Assembly: GCA_964514875.1 (NCBI GenBank)
Contig: CAZETG010000001.1
Location: forward strand, 12,187 to 76,186
DNA from: an uncultured Candidatus Saccharibacteria bacterium
Lineage (GTDB): Bacteria; Patescibacteriota; Saccharimonadia; Saccharimonadales; Saccharimonadaceae
DNA: 64,000 nt
Direction: 5' to 3'
Below the pieces are notes generated by a model, which worked only from the letters and a program-made list of their open reading frames with translations, ran no database searches and was not told the DNA's origin. Made by a program: the position numbers and the translations under genes. Shown here piece after piece: positions 1 to 9,234 of the stretch. Every line of letters starts with the position of its first letter. The stretch's first letter is position 1.

Positions 1-3000
1 GCGCAGAACGCTAAGGGCCAGAAAGAAAAGCGCTTGATGAAGCGTCTGAAAGTCCTCGAGGGTATGGAATCGGCTGGAATTAAGCCAATTGATCTGATCT
101 TGTTGGTCGTGCCGGTAATCCCGCCAGATCTACGCCCGATGATTCCGCTTCCTGGCGGTCGTTTCGCGACGTCGGATTTGAACGATCTTTATCGCCGCGT
201 GATTAACCGTAATAATCGTTTGAAAAAATTGCTTGAGCTAAATGCGCCGGCAGTGATTTGCCATAATGAGATGCGCATGCTGCAAGAAGCAGTCGATGCG
301 TTGATTGACAACTCTGCTGTGCATGGTAGCCGCAGCGCTAACTCGCAAAACGGCCGTCGCAAACTCAAGAGTATTTCTGATTTGCTCAAAGGTAAGCAGG
401 GCCGCTTCCGTCAAAACTTGCTCGGTAAACGTGTCGATTATTCTGGCCGCTCGGTAATTGTCGTCGGCCCAGAGCTGAAGCTTAACGAGTGTGGTCTGCC
501 AAAGCAAATGGCGCTCGAGCTTTTCAAGCCATTCGTGATTTCTTGGTTGATTGCTAATGATCATGCTGCTAATATCCGCGCTGCGACACGCATGATCGAA
601 GCGGGCGAAGCAATTGTCTGGGATGGTCTCGATACCTGTATTAAGGGTAAATGGGTGCTCTTGAACCGCGCTCCATCACTGCACCGCTTATCGGTCCAGG
701 CTTTTCAGCCGAAGTTGATCGAAGGTAAGGCAATTCAGTTACATCCGTTGGTTGCATCCGGCTTCAACGCTGACTACGATGGTGACCAAATGGCAGTACA
801 CCTACCACTTTCCGATGCCGCGCAAGCCGAAGCTGGAGAACTGATGTCGGCTGGCAAGAACTTGCTCAAGCCAGCCGACGGCGCACCAGTACTAGCGATT
901 TATCAGGATGTTGTGCTAGGCATTTATTACCTCACCTACAATAAGCCGGGCACTGAAAGTACCGAGGTGAAGCCGTTTAGCTCGGTTTACGAAGCAGAAA
1001 TGGCCTATGACCAGGGAATTATCGCTCTGCAAACGCCAATTCGTGTCTTTGCAAAAGGCGAAATTCGTAATACGACGCTTGGTCGCGTGATCTTCAATGA
1101 AGTTCTGCCAGAGGATTATGCTTTTGATAATTCTGTCCAAACTAGCAAGCAACTGAAAAAAGTGATGGCGGACATTTTCGACCAATATGGCGCCGAAACT
1201 ACTGTGAAGACTGCCGATGCCATCAAAAATCTCGCCTTCGAATATGAGACAATTGCTTCAGTGTCGACTGCTAAAGATGACTACCCGACATATTCTGAAA
1301 TCGACGACTTTATTGCGGAAGGTGATGCTAAGACGGCATTGATTCAGGAGCAGTTCGATCAAGGGCTTGTTACTGAAGAAGAGCGCTATAACTTGACCGT
1401 CAACAACTGGCGCGATATTGATAAGAAAATTTCCGACTTCTTGAAGAGTAAACTGGCTGAAATGGATACCGATATTGCTGTCATGGTCAACTCTGGTGCT
1501 CGTGGTAGCGTTTCCAACATTAAGCTCGCATCGGCTGAAATTGGCATCATGGTTGATATTAACAACAACGAAATCGAGCTTCCGGTCAAGAGTAGCTACA
1601 AGAAGGGTCTGAATACTTTGGAATCCTTCATCGCAACGCGCGGCGCTCGCCAAGGGCAGGTCTCGACGGCACTTCGTACTGCAGACTCTGGCTATTTGAC
1701 GCGTCGTCTTGTTGATGTGGCGCAAGATGTCTTTACGACCGACGAAGAAGCGGAAGATCCTGGTTTTGCAGTTTATCGCAACGAAACCGAATATACTGGT
1801 ATTGGCTTTGCGGCGCGCATTGCTGGTCGTTATTCGGCGGAGCCAGTGCCTGGTTATGTCGGCGCCGATGAATTGATTACTCATGAAATTGCTGAGCAAA
1901 TTGAAAAAGATGAGAAAATTGATAGCGTGAAGATTCAATCCGTCTTGACGACTACGGCCGTCAATGGCGTTCCGCGCAAGGCTTATGGTGTCGACATGTC
2001 GACTCGCGCGCTCGTCGAGGCAAATCAGCCGGTCGGCGTCATCGCAGCACAATCGCTCGGTGAGCCAGGCACGCAGCTGACACTTGATACGAAACACGGC
2101 TCTGGCGTAGCTGGTTCCGGTGCAATTGCTCGTGGTCTTCCGCGCGTTGAGGAGCTTCTCGAAGCCCGCGCGCCAAAAGGTCAAGCTTACGTCGCTCCGG
2201 TCGCTGGCGTGATCGATGTTCGCGAAGAAAGCAATAAATACATCGTCCAAATCAGTCCAGATACCGGCGATACAATGCGCCTCGAGCTGAATGGCCGCAC
2301 GCCACGGATTAAAGACGGTGCTACAGTACAAGCTGGCGATGTTTTAGCTGATAAGGGTAATGGTAAAGAGCCGATTATTTCTCCGGCAGATGGTAATGCG
2401 CAGTTGACTGACGATGCAATTATCGTGGTAGCAGCGGCCGGTTCGCCAGTGAAACTTGATATTCCAGGCGATGCTGAGCTATTGGTCAAGGATGGCGACC
2501 GCGTTGAAGCTGGCGATCGCATTACGACTGGTTCGTTGAACTTGCAAGATTTGTTGAAGTATAAAGGCGCCGACGAAACCGCTCGTTACATTATGAACGA
2601 TGTAATCTCCGTTTACGCTGCGCAGGGCCACGAAATCTCTGCCAAGCACTTGGAAATCATTGTACGGCAAATGTTTAGTCGCGTCATGATTGATGATGCT
2701 GGCGATTCTTCCTTCGTTGCGGGCGATATCGTTTCGAAGGCGGCGATTCTGGCCGAGAATAAAGAGCTTGAAGCTGCCGGTAAGCAACCTGCAACCTTCG
2801 ATAGTCTGCTTCTCGGTATTACCAAGGTATCGATCTGGTCTGATTCATTCTTGTCGGCCGCTTCCTTCCAGGATACGACCCGCGTCTTGATTAACGCCGC
2901 TATCAACGGTCGCGTCGATCATCTCAACGGTCTGAAAGAAAACGTCATTATCGGTCGCAAAATTCCGGTCGGTACCGGCGTGACACCGCTTAAAATTACC

Positions 3001-3075
3001 GATGCCGAGAAGGCTGAGTTCCAAATCGAGAATGAAGATTTGCAGCCTTCGGCAGAAGATGTAGCCGAAATCTAG
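1..3075 (+). CDS. rpoC: DNA-directed RNA polymerase subunit beta' (C-terminal ~1020 aa; 5' end lies upstream of the window)
   Basis: Frame 1 is open from nt 1. Contains the catalytic NADYDGDQMAVH motif and long beta'-type conserved blocks. Stop TAG at 3073-3075. Confidence 0.95.
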   Translation, partial: AQNAKGQKEKRLMKRLKVLEGMESAGIKPIDLILLVVPVIPPDLRPMIPLPGGRFATSDLNDLYRRVINRNNRLKKLLELNAPAVICHNEMRMLQEAVDALIDNSAVHGSRSANSQNGRRKLKSISDLLKGKQGRFRQNLLGKRVDYSGRSVIVVGPELKLNECGLPKQMALELFKPFVISWLIANDHAANIRAATRMIEAGEAIVWDGLDTCIKGKWVLLNRAPSLHRLSVQAFQPKLIEGKAIQLHPLVASGFNADYDGDQMAVHLPLSDAAQAEAGELMSAGKNLLKPADGAPVLAIYQDVVLGIYYLTYNKPGTESTEVKPFSSVYEAEMAYDQGIIALQTPIRVFAKGEIRNTTLGRVIFNEVLPEDYAFDNSVQTSKQLKKVMADIFDQYGAETTVKTADAIKNLAFEYETIASVSTAKDDYPTYSEIDDFIAEGDAKTALIQEQFDQGLVTEEERYNLTVNNWRDIDKKISDFLKSKLAEMDTDIAVMVNSGARGSVSNIKLASAEIGIMVDINNNEIELPVKSSYKKGLNTLESFIATRGARQGQVSTALRTADSGYLTRRLVDVAQDVFTTDEEAEDPGFAVYRNETEYTGIGFAARIAGRYSAEPVPGYVGADELITHEIAEQIEKDEKIDSVKIQSVLTTTAVNGVPRKAYGVDMSTRALVEANQPVGVIAAQSLGEPGTQLTLDTKHGSGVAGSGAIARGLPRVEELLEARAPKGQAYVAPVAGVIDVREESNKYIVQISPDTGDTMRLELNGRTPRIKDGATVQAGDVLADKGNGKEPIISPADGNAQLTDDAIIVVAAAGSPVKLDIPGDAELLVKDGDRVEAGDRITTGSLNLQDLLKYKGADETARYIMNDVISVYAAQGHEISAKHLEIIVRQMFSRVMIDDAGDSSFVAGDIVSKAAILAENKELEAAGKQPATFDSLLLGITKVSIWSDSFLSAASFQDTTRVLINAAINGRVDHLNGLKENVIIGRKIPVGTGVTPLKITDAEKAEFQIENEDLQPSAEDVAEI

Positions 3076-3092
3076 TATATATTATATACAGC

Positions 3093-3120
3093 AAAGTTCC
3101 TCCAGAAATGGGGGAGCTTT
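3093..3120 (+). terminator. Hairpin after rpoC (no clear U-tract)
   Basis: AAAGTTCCTCC-agaaat-GGGGGAGCTTT gives an 11-bp stem with two G-U pairs, 18 nt after the rpoC stop. Confidence 0.35.
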
Positions 3121-3155
3121 GTGAATGCTACGTACTGTTTCATGTACCCATGTAT

Positions 3156-3365
3156 TACCATTATCCATACCGTACTAGACAGCGGAGGGGGAAGCCTGCC
3201 CAACGAGGGGCATCATAAGATGAGTAAGTGTTTGAACTATGAAAGTCGAGAGCAAAGATGCGTTCAAATGCTGGAGCAATATACGCGCGAGAAGACCAAG
3301 AAGTCGCACTAGTGCCAGTGAATTGACTTAGGTGACCGCCATTATAAATTGCATCGCTCCGCACA
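3156..3365 (-). repeat. PLRCLVR cassette c1 (silent CLec/FISUMP-like C-terminal coding module)
   Basis: On the minus strand: 5' TTTGTGCGGAGCGATG and 3' CCCCTCCGCTGTCTAGTACGGTATGGATAATGGTA. Length 210 nt. Frame reads VRSDAIYNGG..SWSSR..GFPLRCLVR. The TAG is mutated to TAT, so the frame stops at the TAA of GGATAA. Confidence 0.85.
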
Positions 3366-3444
3366 AATGACAAACGAACATTTCTGATGTAGAGCTGCAA
3401 AATTTAGAAAACAACTTTTTCAATTTCAGAGTAGAAAAGTGTAG

Positions 3445-3450
3445 TATAAT
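3445..3450 (+). promoter_or_regulatory. -10 box (TATAAT) 7 nt upstream of the gatC ATG; leaderless-type promoter
   Basis: Sequence is gtagTATAATaaaaaatATG with no SD in between. Confidence 0.55.
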
Positions 3451-3457
3451 AAAAAAT

Positions 3458-3745
3458 ATGGAAGTTAATCAGGAAGTTATTGCTCATCTCGCTGAGCTGT
3501 CAAATTTTGCCTTAACCGCGCAAGAAAGCGAGCACTTGGTCACGGATCTAAATGGTATCATTAATTATATTTCACAACTTGATGAGCTTGACACGAAGGG
3601 AATTGAGCCGACTTATCAAGTTTTTGAAATGGAAAATATTTGGCGCGCGGATGAAATTTTATCGCAAGAAGCTGACCGTGAGCAACTTCTGAGCTTAACT
3701 AAGCAAACTCAAGACCATCAAATTAAAGTGCCAAAAGTGCTCTAG
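3458..3745 (+). CDS. gatC: Asp/Glu-tRNA amidotransferase subunit C
   Basis: 95 aa with the GatC pattern (LAELSNFALT..ESEHL..DLNGIINYISQLDELDTKGIEPT..WRADE), directly upstream of gatA. Confidence 0.85.
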   Translation: MEVNQEVIAHLAELSNFALTAQESEHLVTDLNGIINYISQLDELDTKGIEPTYQVFEMENIWRADEILSQEADREQLLSLTKQTQDHQIKVPKVL

Positions 3746-3753
3746 GAGAAAAC

Positions 3754-5205
3754 ATGAAGATCGCAAGCAAAACCATTAGCGCGGTTTCTCTGGTGCAAGA
3801 AGCTCTGAAAAAAGCGCACAAATTCCAGGAAACGCATCATATTTTTACTTTTTTGAACGATGTCGAGGCGCTCAAAAAAGCCGCCGCTATTGACGAAAAA
3901 ATCAAGCAAGGCGAGCCAGTCGGTAAATTGGCAGGCGTGCCGTATGCCTTGAAAGATAACTTCCTCAGCCCAGAAGGTGAGACGACGGCTTCGGCGCACA
4001 TTCTCGAAGGTTTTATTAGTCCGGTGACGGCGACGGCCGTAAAAAAGCTCGAGGCTGAGGGCGCGATTATGATCGGACGTACAAATATGGATGCCTTTGC
4101 GCACGGTTCGAGTACGGAGAATAGCTATTTTGGCCCGACCAAAAATTCACGCGATCTTGAACGCGTAGCGGGCGGCTCCTCTGGTGGCTCGGCAGTGGCG
4201 GTAGCGCTCGATATTGTGCCGTTTGCGACTGGCACCGATACTGGCGGCTCGATTCGTCAGCCAGCTTCGTTCAACGGAATTTATGGCTTGAAGCCGACTT
4301 ATGGTACGGTTTCTCGCTACGGCGTCGTGGCGATGGCTTCGAGTACGGATTGCGTTGGCTTTTTCGCGCAAGCTCCTGAAGATATTGATTTACTGATGCG
4401 AATTACTGCTGGACAAGATCCGAATGATTTGACGACTCTGCCGGATTATTATGGTAAGGACACGGATAGTTTTGACGACCCAGTCAAGAAAATTGGCATT
4501 ATTAAGGATTTTGATAACGATGCGGTCTCGCCGGCGATTCAGAAAGCTCTGCATGATAAGATTGATGAGCTGAAAGCGAAGGGCCACGAAATTGTCTATC
4601 TCGACATGCCAGCTCTGAAATATGCGCTCGCAGCATATTATATTATTGTTCCAGCTGAAATTGCCAGCAATCTTTCTCGTCATGACGGTATTCGTTATGG
4701 TTTTCGAAGCGAAGATTCTGGTGATCTGAAAAAACTTTACGAAAATACGCGTAACGAAGGTTTTATGCCAGAAAATAAGCGGCGTATTATGATCGGAAAC
4801 TTCGTCTTGTCGTCCGGGTTTTACGATGCGTATTATCTGAAGGCGGCTAAAGCGCGCACATTGATTATTGAAGAATATAATCGCGCCTTTGAGAAGTGTG
4901 ATTTTATCTTGACGCCGGTTAGTCCGAATCCAGCCTTCAAACTTGGCGAAAAAGTCGACGATCCGGTGGCGATGTATCTCGAGGATATGATGTCAGTATC
5001 ATTGAACCTTGCCGGTGTGCCCGGATTAACCATTCCAGCAGGTGAGACCGCAGATGGCATTGCACTCGGCTTACAATTAGTTGGTCCGCGCCGTAGCGAT
5101 GCTGTGTTATTGAAGTTCGCCGCGGAAATGAGCGTAAATATTGATGAAGCAGCAACGGCGAGCATAGAGGATGAAAGTACGGATATCTTTGGAGGTGACG
5201 ATTAA
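3754..5205 (+). CDS. gatA: Asp/Glu-tRNA amidotransferase subunit A
   Basis: Amidase signature GGSSGGSA..GTDTGGSIRQPA; 483 aa. Confidence 0.95.
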   Translation: MKIASKTISAVSLVQEALKKAHKFQETHHIFTFLNDVEALKKAAAIDEKIKQGEPVGKLAGVPYALKDNFLSPEGETTASAHILEGFISPVTATAVKKLEAEGAIMIGRTNMDAFAHGSSTENSYFGPTKNSRDLERVAGGSSGGSAVAVALDIVPFATGTDTGGSIRQPASFNGIYGLKPTYGTVSRYGVVAMASSTDCVGFFAQAPEDIDLLMRITAGQDPNDLTTLPDYYGKDTDSFDDPVKKIGIIKDFDNDAVSPAIQKALHDKIDELKAKGHEIVYLDMPALKYALAAYYIIVPAEIASNLSRHDGIRYGFRSEDSGDLKKLYENTRNEGFMPENKRRIMIGNFVLSSGFYDAYYLKAAKARTLIIEEYNRAFEKCDFILTPVSPNPAFKLGEKVDDPVAMYLEDMMSVSLNLAGVPGLTIPAGETADGIALGLQLVGPRRSDAVLLKFAAEMSVNIDEAATASIEDESTDIFGGDD

Positions 5206-5624
5206 TGTGGCCGCCAGTAGTCTTTTTGATTATTGCAATCGTTGCTGTCGGATTGCTAGTGCTGGTCGCCATGGTGCTCAATGGCAAGCGCGGCCCTAGC
5301 TTTGATGTCCAAGATTATCAAACCCGCTGGCTCAAAATCGAAAATAGTCTCGTCAAGGGCGATCCACGTAGCTATAGTCTCGCGATTATGGATGCCGATA
5401 AGCTGCTGGATCGTGCACTGAAGGAAATGGGGCTCTCCGGTAAAACCATGGGCGAGCGCATGAAAAAAATCAATGATCATTTTTCTGATGTAAATCGCGT
5501 ATGGTATGCGCACAAAATCCGCAATCAGTTAGCACATGAACAAGATTTTGAAATAGATTATACGACGGCGAGTCGCGCTTTGACGGCGTTTCGGCAAGCA
5601 TTAAAAGATTTAGGAGCGATTTAG
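5205..5624 (+). CDS. Membrane-anchored hypothetical protein, possible DUF4145/HEPN-like domain
   Basis: N-terminal TM helix (VVFLIIAIVAVGLLVLVAMVL). C-terminal helical domain carries IRNQLAH, an Rx4H motif. TAATG overlap with gatA, and its stop abuts the gatB ATG. Confidence 0.6.
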   Translation: MWPPVVFLIIAIVAVGLLVLVAMVLNGKRGPSFDVQDYQTRWLKIENSLVKGDPRSYSLAIMDADKLLDRALKEMGLSGKTMGERMKKINDHFSDVNRVWYAHKIRNQLAHEQDFEIDYTTASRALTAFRQALKDLGAI

Positions 5625-7043
5625 ATGACAAAATATCTTCCGACTATTGGTATCGAATGCCATGTCCAACTTTCCACTAAGACGAAACTTTTTTCCGAAG
5701 TTGATAATGATGCGCGCTTGAAGGAGCCGAATTCCTGTGTTTCGCCAATTGATTATGCTTTGCCAGGCATGTTACCGCGCTTGAACGAAGCAGCGATATA
5801 TTATGCGGTCAAGGCAGGTTTGGCGCTGAATTCGGAAATTAATCTCGAATCACGGTTTGATCGCAAGCATTATTATTATCCAGACTTGCCAAAAGGTTAT
5901 CAAATTACACAAATGTTTCATCCGATCATTGGTGCTGGCTACGTTGAACTACCTGACGGCACGAAAATCCGGATTGAACATGCTCACCTCGAGGAAGACG
6001 CTGGTAAACTCAGCCATGAATCGACTTACAGCCTCGTCGACTTAAATCGTGCTGGCACGCCGCTAATCGAAATCGTCTCACAGCCAGACATCCATTCTGC
6101 TGCGCATGCGCGTGATTATACGAAGGAGCTTTGGCGTCTGATGACTTACGCAGGCGTGACTTATGGCGATTTATATAATGGTAATATGCGTTTTGATGTC
6201 AATATTAGCCTGGCGCCTGAAAATAGCAAGGAGCTCGGTACGCGCGCGGAAATTAAAAACTTAAACTCTTTCCGTAGCGTTGAGCGTGCTGTTGAATACG
6301 AGATCAAGCGTCAGACCAAGCTGCTCGACAAGGGCAAAAAAGTGCTCCAGGAAACTCGTGGCTGGAGTGATGCGACCGGAGAGACGACCAGTCAGCGCAG
6401 TAAGGAGGCCGCGCAAGATTACCGCTATATGCCCGAGCCGGATGTGCCGCCGATTCGCCTCGCGCCAGAAGTAGTCGATCAAGCTCGTGCTGAGCTGAAG
6501 AAAATGCCAGCACAGTATCGCACTGAGTTGAAAGATATACTTGGTAGCGATATCTTGGAAATTTTACTCGATTATCAGCCGCTGATGGAAAAACTCGACG
6601 AATTAGAAGACGAAAAAGCCATTAAAAAAGTCGGGAATTGGTTCTCTTCGGTGCTTCTCGCGGAAGAAAATACTAGCTTGCTTAATGATCGCTTACCGAC
6701 GAAAGAGCAATTGCTGGATCTGGTCGATATGGCCCAAAAGAATGAGCTGTCTAGTACTGGCGCTAAGGAAGTTTTTCTCAAATTCTTCGATCCGGAAATG
6801 TGTTTCAAGGAGACGCGCACGATTGCCAAAGAGTTAGGCGTAATTCAGGAAAATGATCTCGGCGCGCTCGAGCAGATCGTTGATACTGTACTAGCTAAGC
6901 CCGAGACCGCCAAAGCACAAGCTGATTACAAAGCTGGCCAAGAAAAAGTCCTCGGTTTCTTGGTTGGCCAAGTCATGAAAGAATCGAAAGGCAAGGCTAA
7001 TCCGTCCTCGGTTCAAGAAATTCTGAAAGCGAAGCTTAAATAA
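5625..7043 (+). CDS. gatB: Asp/Glu-tRNA amidotransferase subunit B
   Basis: IGIECHVQLSTKTKLF N-terminus and a GatB/YqeY C-terminal tail; 472 aa. Confidence 0.95.
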   Translation: MTKYLPTIGIECHVQLSTKTKLFSEVDNDARLKEPNSCVSPIDYALPGMLPRLNEAAIYYAVKAGLALNSEINLESRFDRKHYYYPDLPKGYQITQMFHPIIGAGYVELPDGTKIRIEHAHLEEDAGKLSHESTYSLVDLNRAGTPLIEIVSQPDIHSAAHARDYTKELWRLMTYAGVTYGDLYNGNMRFDVNISLAPENSKELGTRAEIKNLNSFRSVERAVEYEIKRQTKLLDKGKKVLQETRGWSDATGETTSQRSKEAAQDYRYMPEPDVPPIRLAPEVVDQARAELKKMPAQYRTELKDILGSDILEILLDYQPLMEKLDELEDEKAIKKVGNWFSSVLLAEENTSLLNDRLPTKEQLLDLVDMAQKNELSSTGAKEVFLKFFDPEMCFKETRTIAKELGVIQENDLGALEQIVDTVLAKPETAKAQADYKAGQEKVLGFLVGQVMKESKGKANPSSVQEILKAKLK

Positions 7044-8986
7044 TGCCGATTTTCTCCCGTGACGCAAGTTGCGGGAGAATTTTACAGGATAATGCTTACG
7101 GTAGAAATAGTTCAGATGTCGTTGATCGAAAGACCGACGTTCTGTTTACTGAAGAGGCGACAAATAGTAAGAAGAATTTTAACGATCAGCAAGATGTCGA
7201 CCTCAAAGCGCAGGTTAAAACTGTTCAAAAATGGTTTGCTGAGCATGTCACGCTCTTCGGCCAACCTTATACGCTCGACTACGATCAAGCTAAAGCGGTT
7301 TGCGATCAGCATAAAAATACTATTGTCACGGCGCGCGCCGGTTCTGGTAAAACTCGCGTCATTGTCGCCAAAATTACCTACCTTGTCGCCTCAAAGCAGG
7401 CAGATTTATCGGAAATCGCCGCGTTTATGTTTAATCGTACTGCTGCGGCCGAAGTCAACGAGCGCATCGGCGCAGTCAAAGTCGACGGCAGAACATTGCC
7501 GGAAATTAGCATACGGAGATTACGACATTCGCAACCAGATGAGTATAGTGCAGACGTATCTATTGCTGATCGATTTAGCCAATCCGACATAGGTGTGAGC
7601 GTAATTGCAGACTCTCGCAACGAGCTAAGCGGCAGTCAAAGCATTAACGTTGCCTCGACCTTTCATAAATATGCGCTAGACTTACTTAAAATTAGCGGTT
7701 TACGTCCGCAGATTCTCGGTGAGCAAGAGCATGATCAGCTAGTTTTAAAAACTATTACGCAAGTTTTGCACGAGCAAGCAGTGCACCTCAGTCCGAAAGA
7801 TCGCATTGAAATGATTCAGTTGATCAATAGCTTCATTGCGCGCGCCGGGCAACGCTATTTTGGTGAGCATGGTCTCGCGGAATTGGAGCAGACCATTCAA
7901 GATTATTGCGTTCCGCTCAGCGGCGATCCTAATTATGCTAAAAGCCTTCAATTGCATTGGCTGTCATTCCTGTCATATCAGCAATATTTACAATTTTTAC
8001 AGCCGCCTTTGATGGATTTTAATATACTTATGTCCAAAGCGATTCAACTTTTGAATGATAATATGCAAAATGTAACTACAACATCAGACTTCAATCCTGC
8101 ACAACTTCGAGTTGCACCGCTCAAATTCCTCCTTGTCGATGAATATCAAGATTTTTCGTACTTATTTTTCAGCATTATCCAGGCTATGCGTCAAATCGTG
8201 CCGGATGCACGCTTATTTGTCGTGGGTGATGACTGGCAAGCAATCAATCGATTTGCTGGGTCGGACGTGAATTATTTTATCAACTTTGCGGAATATTTTC
8301 CGGAGAATGTCATTAACATTCCGCTCATGACTAACTATCGCAGTGATCAGCGCATTGTCGAAAACGCTAATCGCTACATGTTGTTGCATTATAATCCCGA
8401 AGCTGATAAAGCTATTGCCTTTAGTTGTAAAAATGGTAAGATTTTTCGCTGCAATCCACGTAAAGTGAAATTTGATACAACCGATCTCACAGAAGACGGC
8501 CTAGGTGATGCTAAGTTTCAGAAAGTTTTAGCAGGGATCTCAGGCGGACATCCGCAGCAATACACTGCTGCGGCGCAATATCTCAAAAGTGTTTATCGGA
8601 TCATCCAGAAAAATCGTCAAGAGCAGATTATGCTGCTACATCGCCATAATTTTACGTCGTTTGCAGGCATTTCCTTGGCGCAGTTTGCGCTGGCGCTCCG
8701 TGCGTTACTTATTCAGGAAAATATCATGACGACCGAAGATTTTACGCGCAAAATCCGTATTATGACGATGCACAAGTCCAAGGGTCTCGAAGCGGATGTA
8801 GTCATTCTGCTAGAGTGCGACCGCAAAATCGTTCTCTCGCATCATCCGCACGCGACGACCTTTCCGCTGTTTGGTGATACACTTGAGGCTGAGCAAGCTG
8901 ACCAGCATCGTCTTCTCTACGTCGCGCTGACCCGCGCCAGACATAAACTATATCTACTCAGTTCCGACCCGAAGCCGCCATGTTAA
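7043..8986 (+). CDS. UvrD/Rep-family (SF1) DNA helicase
   Basis: Walker A ARAGSGKT, LLVDEYQDFS, MTMHKSKGLEADVV and LLYVALTRARHKLYLL. TAATG overlap with the gatB stop. Confidence 0.8.
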   Translation: MPIFSRDASCGRILQDNAYGRNSSDVVDRKTDVLFTEEATNSKKNFNDQQDVDLKAQVKTVQKWFAEHVTLFGQPYTLDYDQAKAVCDQHKNTIVTARAGSGKTRVIVAKITYLVASKQADLSEIAAFMFNRTAAAEVNERIGAVKVDGRTLPEISIRRLRHSQPDEYSADVSIADRFSQSDIGVSVIADSRNELSGSQSINVASTFHKYALDLLKISGLRPQILGEQEHDQLVLKTITQVLHEQAVHLSPKDRIEMIQLINSFIARAGQRYFGEHGLAELEQTIQDYCVPLSGDPNYAKSLQLHWLSFLSYQQYLQFLQPPLMDFNILMSKAIQLLNDNMQNVTTTSDFNPAQLRVAPLKFLLVDEYQDFSYLFFSIIQAMRQIVPDARLFVVGDDWQAINRFAGSDVNYFINFAEYFPENVINIPLMTNYRSDQRIVENANRYMLLHYNPEADKAIAFSCKNGKIFRCNPRKVKFDTTDLTEDGLGDAKFQKVLAGISGGHPQQYTAAAQYLKSVYRIIQKNRQEQIMLLHRHNFTSFAGISLAQFALALRALLIQENIMTTEDFTRKIRIMTMHKSKGLEADVVILLECDRKIVLSHHPHATTFPLFGDTLEAEQADQHRLLYVALTRARHKLYLLSSDPKPPC

Positions 8987-9007
8987 AAGAAGATATCTTA
9001 TCTATCT

Positions 9008-9036
9008 ATTATAGCACATGCGATCGAAAAAGTCAA
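9008..9036 (-). promoter_or_regulatory. Consensus sigma70-type promoter (TTGACT-17-TGcTATAAT) with no downstream gene on its strand
   Basis: Minus strand reads TTGACTttttcgatcgcatgTGCTATAAT. It fires toward the 3' end of the plus-strand helicase gene. Confidence 0.55.
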
Positions 9037-9234
9037 TAGTGACTATAGTATTATTGAGAAAAATACTAGATTAAGCTGAGTTATTGTATTTGTTGCAATT
9101 TTTCTCTCTACACAAGCAGCAAATTTTATGCTAAAATAAATAAAAGCTTTCTCCTCAGAGGTGTTTTAGGGTACTCATTCTAATACTCCTATTTTGGGGT
9201 GGGCGAGAAGATAATAAATTAAAGGGAAACGTTC

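Noticed and set aside
1258-2331. Long antisense and alternative-frame ORFs are listed in the ORF track. Examples are 1258-2331(-), 9877-10509(-), 34894-35505(-), 35474-36007(-), 7059-7592(+), 59663-60184(+), 59692-60123(-), 61804-62427(+) and 21635-22069(-).
   Set aside because: Each lies entirely within a strongly supported conserved gene on the other strand or frame. Each has low-complexity or biased composition and no start signals.
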